Positions 27,154-35,126 of a DNA stretch of 64,000 bases are shown in pieces (positions within the stretch are counted from its first letter, which is position 1; each line of letters begins with the position of its first letter). The notes under the pieces were generated by a model, which did not search any database, was not told the origin of the DNA, and saw only the letters and a program-made list of their open reading frames with translations. The DNA is from Nanobdellota archaeon (GTDB lineage Archaea > Nanobdellota > Nanobdellia > Pacearchaeales > GW2011-AR1): NCBI GenBank assembly GCA_021799535.1, contig JAJZAH010000002.1, positions 16,950 to 80,949 on the forward strand, written 5' to 3'. The translations under genes and the position numbers were made by a program.

Positions 27154-27523
27154 TTTGGTTAACCCCCTTTGAATTGGTTTTTATATAAAACGGACAGGTA
27201 AGATGATCCTCTTCTTTGCATGGATGATAGTCTGTGTTTTGGTTATATTCCCCATACTGAAAATTCTGAAGCATGCATTTGTATTCTCCGAACGGCGAGT
27301 AAAGCATATCGTCGCATAAAAATTCAGAATAGTCGCATGATGAGTCGCCATTACTTTTGGGAAATTCTTTCTGACTTCTTGAGTAAACTCTTATTTTGTT
27401 TGCCAATTCATTAAGATCGTCCGTGAGTTCATTCTCAAGTTCTCTTTCTTTCATAAGAGATAAAAGACTTGTATTATTCATAGTTTTTACACGACAAAAT
27501 TTGTCATTAATATTGGAAGTCAT
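27134..27523 (-). CDS. Acidic Cys-rich small protein (start uncertain: 27523 or 27481)
   Basis: Six Cys in the C-terminal 70 aa (SSCDYSEFLCDD...YKC...HPCKEEDHLTCPFY). GGTG lies 6-9 nt upstream of the ATG at 27523. Coupled to the radical SAM gene. Confidence 0.45.
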   Translation of the reverse strand: MTSNINDKFCRVKTMNNTSLLSLMKERELENELTDDLNELANKIRVYSRSQKEFPKSNGDSSCDYSEFLCDDMLYSPFGEYKCMLQNFQYGEYNQNTDYHPCKEEDHLTCPFYIKTNSKGVNQNEREKL

Positions 27524-28172
27524 TATGCACCACAGAGTCGCTTTCAATAAAATAAAGATCGCGGGAATAGCTGTCGAGCGTTCTGTCAAACATGACTTTT
27601 GGATGTGAAAAATCGAAATATCCCACAAATTTATCTTTCTCTAATGAGCAAGCTGGGAATAGTTCCCTGAACATGAAAATGTCTACTTTATTTTCGTAAA
27701 TTGTTACAAATTCCTTTATTTTTTCTATACTATCTATTGCACCTTTTATGAGTATTGTTTGCATTCTTATCTTTCCGACTTTTGGTCTGTAAAAATTTAA
27801 GGTTTCATCAAGCTCATTTTGGAGTTTGCTCCTGTAAAAGAAGTTGTTTATGCTTGAATTCCAATGCACCCTTGAGAGGTTAAGCTCGTCTATCCCTGAG
27901 ATTTCTTTTAAAAGGAACCCCTCAGTGTAAAGCTTCACATATTTACCACGAAATAAATTTATTATTTCTTGTATATCCTTATGGAGCAATGGGTCTCCAC
28001 CTCCAGTAATTTCAACTTCCTCGAAATCGTCGATTCCCGAAATCGCTTTTTCAAGCTTTGAAACGTCGATAAATTGCGGCTTCTTATAATCAATTTCTTT
28101 TTCTTTCATATAGCAGAATGTGCAGTTCGCGGGGCAGGCATCTCTTACAGGAATAAGGTATAACCTTTTCAT
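27507..28172 (-). CDS. Small stand-alone radical SAM enzyme (221 aa)
   Basis: CPANCTFC (Cx3Cx2C) at residues 13-20, checked codon by codon at 28113-28136. GGE-like EITGGGDPLL motif. No C-terminal SPASM/twitch Cys cluster. Confidence 0.85.
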   Translation of the reverse strand: MKRLYLIPVRDACPANCTFCYMKEKEIDYKKPQFIDVSKLEKAISGIDDFEEVEITGGGDPLLHKDIQEIINLFRGKYVKLYTEGFLLKEISGIDELNLSRVHWNSSINNFFYRSKLQNELDETLNFYRPKVGKIRMQTILIKGAIDSIEKIKEFVTIYENKVDIFMFRELFPACSLEKDKFVGYFDFSHPKVMFDRTLDSYSRDLYFIESDSVVHNDFQY

Positions 28173-28993
28173 CTTCTTTTTCCGCTCCCAAATGACCTTC
28201 TTGTTGCTTCCTTCATTTCCAAAAGGTCATCAAGACTCATTTCCGGGAAATTCTTTTCAGTGTATCCTTCTATCGCCCCTATTATATCTGAAAGCTCCAA
28301 GAGGCTCATTATTTTTATCCCCTGATTCAGCGAGTCTTTGAATTCCAAAAGCTCTTCGTAGATCTTTTCAGCGCTTCCAAACTCTTCATGGGGGATGTCT
28401 TTTTTGTGGTAACCTTTTTGTTTTAAGCTCAGCACATAGCTCAGCCGGGGTTCAGCGATTCCCGTCCCGTAAATCCAATGATAAGTTTTGTAAGACCTGT
28501 GCCCATAGCTTCCAAGTTCTATTTTTTCATTCTTTGAGATTATATCCCTGCCCGAAAGCGTTCCGATAATCTCTGTTTGAAGATATTTTGAAAAGAATTC
28601 ATTTGATGTTTCAATTAGCTGTTTCTCCTTGTTGTAACTTTCGAATTTTTCCGCTTTTCCGAGGTAATCTATCAGCTCTACTTTGAAGAATGATCTTTTA
28701 TGGATTTCATCAACCACTTTTTCATCTCTATAACATGGGGTCGCGCAGCAGTACTTTCCATTGCTCAATCTTCCCTCAAGAATCAATTCCAGAAATCCCT
28801 GTTCCCCCGAAGCGATATGGTTTCCGGTATAATTATTATCAAGAAAGCACCTGAATCTCCTGACCTCTTTTGGTGCTGTCGCACTGTCAGACTCCTCCGA
28901 AACTATCCAAGGGACTTCAATGTATCTGAATCCTTTTGAATCATAGAATTCAATGGCTTGGGCAATCTTAGGGTAATCTATCCCTATTTCCAT
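28169..28993 (-). CDS. Minimal class II aminoacyl-tRNA-synthetase-like core fused to a MazG/HisE-like NTP pyrophosphohydrolase module
   Basis: GFRYIEVPWI (motif 1-like), ATPCYRDE (motif 2-like) and YGTGIAEPRL (motif 3-like) fall within about 190 aa, with no anticodon-binding domain. C-terminal EELLEF...LELSDIIGAIEGY resembles the EExxE/ExxD all-alpha NTP-PPase signature. The domain calls are tentative. Confidence 0.55.
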   Translation of the reverse strand: MEIGIDYPKIAQAIEFYDSKGFRYIEVPWIVSEESDSATAPKEVRRFRCFLDNNYTGNHIASGEQGFLELILEGRLSNGKYCCATPCYRDEKVVDEIHKRSFFKVELIDYLGKAEKFESYNKEKQLIETSNEFFSKYLQTEIIGTLSGRDIISKNEKIELGSYGHRSYKTYHWIYGTGIAEPRLSYVLSLKQKGYHKKDIPHEEFGSAEKIYEELLEFKDSLNQGIKIMSLLELSDIIGAIEGYTEKNFPEMSLDDLLEMKEATRRSFGSGKRR

Positions 28994-29063
28994 AATAAAT
29001 TAAGACTTGCATAATTCTTGACAATTTCTGTACAAAAGATACAACTATGCGCATTATAGGAGA

Positions 29064-29083
29064 AATGCTTAAAAATAGGCATT
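29064..29083 (+). promoter_or_regulatory. TATA-like box embedded in the inverted repeat AATGC-N10-GCATT
   Basis: AATGCTTAAAAATAGGCATT lies about 25 nt upstream of the ATG at 29098. An 8-nt palindrome ATGCGCAT sits at 29047-29054 in the same divergent promoter region. Confidence 0.35.
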
Positions 29084-29097
29084 AACAAAGAGACTTT

Positions 29098-29937
29098 ATG
29101 CTTGATGGCCAGACCATGCAAAAAATAGAGAAGTTCGTTTCCGTTGAACCAAGAAGTATAAATGAAATCTCTGAATATATCCAAAAGAACTGGAGGACTG
29201 TTGACAGATATTTAAAAGAGATGGAGGAAGAGTATGGGAACATAATGACTAAGACGTTCAGGGGAGGGACACGCGGGGCCCTTAAGGTAGCATACATACT
29301 CAATCCTGAAAGAGCAAGCTCGACTAAACTCCAGGAAGAGCTTGAAAATGAAATCTTAAGGCAAAAAAGAAAAGAGGAGTTCTCTGCCTTTGACATATTC
29401 CAGCATGTGCCTGAAAAAAACAAAGTTGCAATTGTCGAGGATGAAATTTCTGAAAAAGGCACAAACTTGAAAGAGTTAATTCAGATATTGAATTCTACTA
29501 AAAAAGAGCTCAAGTTATTTTCTGGGAATCTATCATGGATAAATTTAAAGAAAGGAGATATTGATTTGTTCAATACCCTCGAAGAACTGGTTAAAAGAGG
29601 TGTGAGGGTCAAGGTTCTTTGCCGGGTTGATCTTTCGGGAATTGAAAATATCAAAAAAGTGTTATCGTTGAATTATAAATATGGAAATGAACTCATTGAG
29701 ATAAGGCACCGGGAGCATCCCATAAGAGCATTTGTTGTTGATAATAGCTCAATAAGATTAAAGGAGATACGCGAGCCTACCGGCAAGATAAAAGAACTCG
29801 ACAGGAAGATTTTTATTTTTTACACCATAAAAGACAAGGAATGGACAGAGTGGCTTTCGAAAATATTCATAAAGCTCTTCAATACCTCAGTTGGCGCCGA
29901 AAAAAGACTTGCGGAACTTGAAAAAATCGTGAAATAG
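29098..29937 (+). CDS. TrmB-like regulator (N-terminal wHTH plus TrmB_C/PLD-like C-terminal domain)
   Basis: N-terminal EPRSINEISEYIQKNWRTVDRYLKEM helix-turn-helix. C-terminal RGVRVKVLCRVD...IRAFVVDNSSIRLKE parallels the C-terminal domains of the two clear TrmB paralogs in this window. Confidence 0.5.
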   Translation: MLDGQTMQKIEKFVSVEPRSINEISEYIQKNWRTVDRYLKEMEEEYGNIMTKTFRGGTRGALKVAYILNPERASSTKLQEELENEILRQKRKEEFSAFDIFQHVPEKNKVAIVEDEISEKGTNLKELIQILNSTKKELKLFSGNLSWINLKKGDIDLFNTLEELVKRGVRVKVLCRVDLSGIENIKKVLSLNYKYGNELIEIRHREHPIRAFVVDNSSIRLKEIREPTGKIKELDRKIFIFYTIKDKEWTEWLSKIFIKLFNTSVGAEKRLAELEKIVK

Positions 29938-30099
29938 CCTCCTTGTTTGTTGTTAGTTGCTCAGAGTCGAACTCTGTTGGTTTATTTATCAAGAAATTGT
30001 CTGGATGTTATGATAAGCTTTTTAGCCATCTTTATTCTTATACTCTTAGTTATGGGTAAAGTTCATAAATTTTATTAATCTGACTATGCATCTATTTTT

Positions 30100-30690
30100 A
30101 TGAAAGTGCTTGCTGTCTCGGATATACACGGTGACTTGGGTCTTGTTAAACGGGTTGAAAAGATGATTGAAAAAGAAAATGTGGATCTTGTTATTCTGGC
30201 CGGGGATCAAACTTGGTTTGAACAGGTGAAAAAAGGGCTTGTCGGACCGCTTACAAAGAAACCTGCACTCATAATCCCGAGCAATCACGAAACTGAGGAG
30301 ACTGTGAGGATTTGGGAAGAGATGTACCCCAATCTTAAAAGCATTCATAAAAAAAATTTTGCTTTTGGGGATGTTGGATTTTTTGGATCTGGAACAGTTG
30401 ACTGGGGATTCGAAGAGAATTCGCAAAAGGTTTTTAACGAGCTGAAGAGCGCTCATGAGGGGATCAAAAAACTCAGGAAAAAAGTTATGATAACGCATTG
30501 TCCTCCTGAAGGAAGCGCGATAGAGCTTATGGGTTTTCCCGGTTCATATGGCATCGCAAAGGCGATTGAGAAGTTTTCCCCTAACTTTTTGATCTGCGGG
30601 CATATCCATGAGGGCGGAGGACTCATAGAAAGGATAAAGAATACCCAAGTCATAAATGTGGCAAGAAGCCCGACGATATTTGAAATTTGA
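30100..30690 (+). CDS. Calcineurin-like metallophosphoesterase (YfcE/MJ0936-like)
   Basis: Motifs SDIHGD, AGDQ, SNHE and GHIHEG. Confidence 0.8.
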   Translation: MKVLAVSDIHGDLGLVKRVEKMIEKENVDLVILAGDQTWFEQVKKGLVGPLTKKPALIIPSNHETEETVRIWEEMYPNLKSIHKKNFAFGDVGFFGSGTVDWGFEENSQKVFNELKSAHEGIKKLRKKVMITHCPPEGSAIELMGFPGSYGIAKAIEKFSPNFLICGHIHEGGGLIERIKNTQVINVARSPTIFEI

Positions 30691-30766
30691 CTTATAGCGG
30701 GGCATAATTTGTTTATAGCTTTTTTTTGAAAACATTAATAAACTATTTTTTGTTGATTGTTAAAGG

Positions 30767-31264
30767 ATGTACAATTGGATAAACTCTCCACGTGATTTCC
30801 TATTTGGGAATATGTTTGGCATACTCACTGTTGGAGCTTTGCTCCTCGCACTTTTGTTTTTTGTTGCAGTTTATGTATATCACGCGATTGCATGGTCAAA
30901 GATTGGAGAAAAGCAGAGGTATAAAAATCACTGGCTTGCATGGATACCTTTTGCGAATATCTCTATGATTCTTGAGATGGGGGGGTTTCATTGGGCCTGG
31001 GTATTTTTGATCCTTATTCCTTTTGCAGGCTGGCTTGCCATTTTTGTACTCTTCATAATCTCAGTATGGAGAGTTTTTGAAAAGCGGAAATACCCCGGGT
31101 GGTTCAGTCTTTCGCTTGCACTCCCTCAAGTAGGATGGATACTCTATATGGTTGCTGTTGGATTCGCTGCATGGGGAAAGGGAATAAAAGGCGAGAGTTA
31201 TATCGCACCTGTGAATAATCCGCCGAGGAATCGCCCAATGAGAAATTCTCCAAAAAGAAAATAA
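30767..31264 (+). CDS. Integral membrane protein (165 aa)
   Basis: Four hydrophobic segments and a basic Pro/Arg-rich tail. Confidence 0.5.
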   Translation: MYNWINSPRDFLFGNMFGILTVGALLLALLFFVAVYVYHAIAWSKIGEKQRYKNHWLAWIPFANISMILEMGGFHWAWVFLILIPFAGWLAIFVLFIISVWRVFEKRKYPGWFSLSLALPQVGWILYMVAVGFAAWGKGIKGESYIAPVNNPPRNRPMRNSPKRK

Positions 31265-31265
31265 A

Positions 31266-31616
31266 ATGGCTGAGAATGAAAATGCTTTTAAGGTTACATG
31301 GGTAAAAGTAGTAATTGCAGTAGTCTTATTTTTGATTTATTTTTCTTTCACTTCTTTCTCAATTATGTGTCCATCGGTCCAAAGGTTGTGCCCTGTCAGT
31401 CAGAATGTCACGGACTCGCGTCTCATTCCTGGCGGGGGAGGATATTACCTTCCTGCAAGGTCTGTCCCTTTCTCATGCGCCCAGGTATGCACAAACAATG
31501 AATATTCATCTTCGTTTGCGGGGGTGATTCTCTTGAAATTTGTGGTACCGGTTCTGGCCGCGTATATCTTATCTTCTCTAATAATCTTTGGTTTGGACAA
31601 ATTGAGAAAAAATTAA
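31266..31616 (+). CDS. Membrane protein (116 aa) with a Cys-containing loop
   Basis: N- and C-terminal TM segments. Starts 2 nt after the previous stop. Confidence 0.45.
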   Translation: MAENENAFKVTWVKVVIAVVLFLIYFSFTSFSIMCPSVQRLCPVSQNVTDSRLIPGGGGYYLPARSVPFSCAQVCTNNEYSSSFAGVILLKFVVPVLAAYILSSLIIFGLDKLRKN

Positions 31617-32407
31617 CTCTTGTTTATGTCGCTGATTTTCTTCCAGTGGATATAGTTCTTCTCCAGGATTTCTATTATCTTGTCGCGCTCTTCAGCTTTT
31701 CCAACGCCTTTCCAGTCGATTAATACAAAGTCAACTTCTTCAACGGTCTTGTTTATGGCTTCAAGTATCATTTCTTCAGTTATCGGTGATACGTATTTTG
31801 GGATTATATGCGAGATTGCAACGTTTGATTTTAGCTGAATCTTGTTGAATCCTGGGCAGTAATGCGGGCCGCCTATTCCGACGGCAATTTCCCTATAAGG
31901 GTTTTCTTTCCAAGTTTTTAAAGCATTCCTTATCGCTTTTGCGGCAACAAAGGACGCCCCTTTATCTCTCCATTCATCTTCGGTTCCCCCGATTTCAATA
32001 AAAACGGAAGGCCTCTCAATTAATGGGCCATGATGTGTTGCTTCCATTGTGACAGAATACCTTGTTAAATCTGAATCTTCTTTCTCTTTGACCAATGCCT
32101 CAAAAAGGTGCTTTTCAAAAAGTGCGGACGCAGGTCCCAGCATTTTTTCTTTTCCTCCACCCCATATTTCTCTGAAATTCCCGGGTGCATGAATCGAAAG
32201 CGTTTTTTCGTGTTTTTCTGACTTATGCTTTGAAGTGAAAATTATCATGTCAAACTGTTTTATCTTTTCAGGGTCCAGATTTTCGGTCTTTAACATTTCG
32301 CCTTCTATAATATAAAAATCAAACTTGCCTATATCCATAAGGTTCATTATTATATTTCTTGAGGCAGGATCTGACTTTGAACCTACGATTAAGAATTTTT
32401 GTATCAT
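31613..32407 (-). CDS. dtdA: D-aminoacyl-tRNA deacylase, archaeal type
   Basis: GSKSDPASRNI, SIHAPGNF, EATHHGP and GIGGPHY motifs characteristic of the archaeal DtdA family. Confidence 0.75.
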   Translation of the reverse strand: MIQKFLIVGSKSDPASRNIIMNLMDIGKFDFYIIEGEMLKTENLDPEKIKQFDMIIFTSKHKSEKHEKTLSIHAPGNFREIWGGGKEKMLGPASALFEKHLFEALVKEKEDSDLTRYSVTMEATHHGPLIERPSVFIEIGGTEDEWRDKGASFVAAKAIRNALKTWKENPYREIAVGIGGPHYCPGFNKIQLKSNVAISHIIPKYVSPITEEMILEAINKTVEEVDFVLIDWKGVGKAEERDKIIEILEKNYIHWKKISDINKS

Positions 32408-32441
32408 GGCTTTCGGAATGCTGCCGGAATTATAAAGATTT

Positions 32442-32912
32442 TCATCCTAAAGCTTGTTTTATTTCTTTTATCTTCGAAAGATCTTTTTTTCTTCTGAGGT
32501 TTTCATAACCCATTAGTTGCTCTTTTAATGGTGAAACGGGAATTCTTAAACTTTCTAATTTTATGATTTCATGCGATTTGAGTCTGTTTAAGAGTTGACT
32601 CCATTTGCCATTTATCTTTTCTTTTAGATTACCCATTACTTCAATTCTTATTCCCTTTACCATAAATTTCCCCCAATATGATTCAAACATTTCAGAACGT
32701 CCGAATTTGACAGGTTGAGTTTCATATTTCTTTAATATTTCATTCATTTTAATAGCCCCCTCTTTATCTGTAAGGATATCAATATCTTTCGGTTTTACTT
32801 TTACTCCTTGCAGCGCAAGGCTTGTGCTTCCGATGAGAACCCATCTAATTTTTTTATTCTTTAATTCTTTGCTGATTAATTTAAGAGCTTCGCGAATTTG
32901 TTTGTTAATCAT
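32442..32912 (-). CDS. Nucleotidyltransferase-fold protein
   Basis: The pattern IGSTSLALQGVKVKPKDIDILTD (GS...DxD) is typical of a minimal NTase fold. Confidence 0.5.
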   Translation of the reverse strand: MINKQIREALKLISKELKNKKIRWVLIGSTSLALQGVKVKPKDIDILTDKEGAIKMNEILKKYETQPVKFGRSEMFESYWGKFMVKGIRIEVMGNLKEKINGKWSQLLNRLKSHEIIKLESLRIPVSPLKEQLMGYENLRRKKDLSKIKEIKQALG

Positions 32913-32999
32913 AATAGGCTAAATTTTTGCAGATTAATTAGCTTTTCGGAATCTATTCATGATAAACATATTTAAATTCCCGAGATTCATAGCTCTTTT

Positions 33000-33275
33000 A
33001 TGCAGGAAATCGTGAAGCTTTTGATCGGTGTTTGTGTATTGGTCTTGGGATTTCCGCTGGGGGACCTCTTAAGGAAGGTCACATTAGACGAACAAAAATC
33101 CGGGCAATTCTGGTTTGCCACACTGACTTACGCCGGGCTTGCCGGGGGGATTATAGGACTTATTGCAGGATCTGATTGGGTGCTTTTTATTTCTTTTTTC
33201 ATTGCAATAGTCTCAAGCAGAAGTCTTATCGTGAAAAAGGCCGTGAAAGTCCAAAAGAAGAGGCGCAAAAAGTGA
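33000..33275 (+). CDS. Small membrane protein (91 aa)
   Basis: Three hydrophobic segments and a basic tail. Confidence 0.4.
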   Translation: MQEIVKLLIGVCVLVLGFPLGDLLRKVTLDEQKSGQFWFATLTYAGLAGGIIGLIAGSDWVLFISFFIAIVSSRSLIVKKAVKVQKKRRKK

Positions 33276-33279
33276 GAGA

Positions 33280-33540
33280 TTATCTTTTTTTGCCTGAGGG
33301 TTTTATCTCTCTCAAGAGCAAATCTGCGGTGATAAATATCATCCCAGCGCAGATTAACGCATAACCAAAGGCTGAGGTATTTCCGTAGATGATTCCCGCA
33401 AGTATGGTTATAAAAGAAACTCCCTCAAGCACCGAGATGTTTCTTGCATGGTTTTTTATTTTTATTATGAAAATGAGTATGACAATAACGGCAAATGTAA
33501 GGAAAGACTCAAGAAGATAAAGTGAAACCGGATCTGACAT
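33280..33540 (-). CDS. Small membrane protein (86 aa)
   Basis: Three hydrophobic segments. Confidence 0.4.
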   Translation of the reverse strand: MSDPVSLYLLESFLTFAVIVILIFIIKIKNHARNISVLEGVSFITILAGIIYGNTSAFGYALICAGMIFITADLLLREIKPSGKKR

Positions 33541-33863
33541 GATAATAACATTATTTTTGCATTAATAAATATTCTGAATCCTGGTGTGATGAAGATTTGT
33601 ATACCTTTATGAGCTATAAGATGATGAGATTTGACCTTGAAAGAGTTCACGCTTTTCTTTGATGAGTTTAGGGCTGCAAGGCTCAAAGATTTCATTGGGC
33701 TTGAGCAAATGAGTTCGCAGAGAACATGAATATCCTGCAATCCCATCACTTCTACAAGAAACAGAATTGCAGATGCAGTGATAAGAATAGAAGAACCATA
33801 AAAATTGAAGAGCCTCAGGAAGAAAAGGAATAGTTTAATAAACAGTTTCCTTTAATTAAATTC

Positions 33864-34589
33864 ATGTTCTATCTTATAGGTCTGGGCTTAAATGAACACG
33901 GAATTTCAAAAGAAGGGCTCCTTGCTGTATCTGCTTGTAAGAAAGTCTATTTTGAGAATTACACTGTTGATTTCCCCTTTACAGCTCATCAGGTTGAGGA
34001 AGTAATTGGAAAAAAAGTTGTTCCTGCTGATAGGGAAAAGGTTGAGGATCTTTCTATTGTTGATGAAGCCAAAAAGCTGAATGTCGCTCTTTTGGTTTAT
34101 GGTTCGCCTCTCAGTGCCACAACTCACATAACTCTTGTCAATGAGTGCAGGGCTTCAGGCGTAAAATACAGAATTATCTATGCCGCTTCGATCTTCGATG
34201 CGGTTGCAGAGACCGGTCTTCAGATATATAAGTTCGGAAAAACTGCCTCTATGCCCGCCTGGCAAAAAAACTTTGAGCCGGACAGCTTCATGGATACTGT
34301 GAAAGATAACTTGAAGATGGGCGCACACTCACTTATGCTTATTGATATAGGGCTTGACTTCCAAAGGGCTCTCAAACAACTTGAGCTCTCTGCCATTAAA
34401 CATGGAATAAAACTGGACAAGCTGGTCGTGTGCCAGGCTCTTGGAACAAGGAATTCAAAAATAACTTACAGGACTTTGGAAGAGCTGCATGAATTCAGTG
34501 GAGTTTCGAAACCTTATTGCATTATAATTCCGGGTAAGCTTCACTTTGTGGAAGAAGATGTGATTAACGGCTTTGGTCCGAAAAAATAA
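33864..34589 (+). CDS. dph5: Diphthine synthase
   Basis: MFYLIGLGLNEHGISKEGL...VYFENYT N-terminus and the overall tetrapyrrole-methylase-fold pattern, 241 aa. Confidence 0.85.
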   Translation: MFYLIGLGLNEHGISKEGLLAVSACKKVYFENYTVDFPFTAHQVEEVIGKKVVPADREKVEDLSIVDEAKKLNVALLVYGSPLSATTHITLVNECRASGVKYRIIYAASIFDAVAETGLQIYKFGKTASMPAWQKNFEPDSFMDTVKDNLKMGAHSLMLIDIGLDFQRALKQLELSAIKHGIKLDKLVVCQALGTRNSKITYRTLEELHEFSGVSKPYCIIIPGKLHFVEEDVINGFGPKK

Positions 34590-34591
34590 AA

Positions 34592-35125
34592 TCATCTTTT
34601 ATAAAGATATACTTTCCCATAGGATATGTGTTCTTCCCCCAATTCTCCTGAGATCCTCCAGTTTGGCAGTTTCCAGTGATGTGAAACGACTACAGATCCT
34701 TTTTTAAGCTCAGATTCTAGTTTTTTTTCTATCCTCTTCATGACATTATCAAATTGGAAAAAGACTATTTTATTGAACCTTCCAAGGTCAACGGTCCAAA
34801 AGTTTTTCCATTTTATTTCTATCCTATCTTCAAGCCCCGCTTTTTTTATCTTTATCCTTGACAGGATCACCAAAATTGGATTTATCTCGAAACCATAAAC
34901 TTTAACCATGGGATTTTCTCTGGCGATAGCTATGCAGACTCTTCCGTCTCCTGATCCGAGTTCGGCTATCCTGTCCTTTCCTTTTGGATTTGTGAGTCTG
35001 ACAATATTTTTTATTGCTTCTTCTCTTGAGAAATCAAACGGAGCGCCCAAAAGAGGAAAGGGGAAAAGTATTGAGAGCATAAATACAAAGGTTATCAGGA
35101 GTGCAATCAGCAGCCAGTTTAACAT
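34592..35125 (-). CDS. Membrane-anchored class I SAM-dependent methyltransferase
   Basis: N-terminal TM segment followed by the ELGSGDGRV SAM-binding motif. Confidence 0.6.
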   Translation of the reverse strand: MLNWLLIALLITFVFMLSILFPFPLLGAPFDFSREEAIKNIVRLTNPKGKDRIAELGSGDGRVCIAIARENPMVKVYGFEINPILVILSRIKIKKAGLEDRIEIKWKNFWTVDLGRFNKIVFFQFDNVMKRIEKKLESELKKGSVVVSHHWKLPNWRISGELGEEHISYGKVYLYKR

Positions 35126-35126
35126 T

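Noticed and set aside
27134-27628. The listed start at 27628 for the Cys-rich ORF (a 122-nt overlap with the radical SAM gene).
   Set aside because: The first 35 codons lie inside the rSAM coding region and translate to hydrophobic, low-plausibility sequence. Internal ATGs at 27523 (with GGTG upstream) or 27481 give a more conventional coupled arrangement.
29962-29976. CAGAGTCGAACTCTG hairpin after the TrmB-like gene, which superficially resembles a tRNA T-arm or att remnant.
   Set aside because: It forms a 5-bp stem with only a 5-nt loop and does not match the tRNA-Lys 3' end (GGGGGTTCAAATCCCCT). It is more likely a simple post-stop hairpin, so it gives no evidence of an island boundary.
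33580-33700. C/D box sRNA suggested by RUGAUGA-like boxes.
   Set aside because: No CUGA D or D' boxes lie at the required 10-12-nt spacing, and there is no terminal stem. The motif matches alone are expected by chance in AT-rich sequence.
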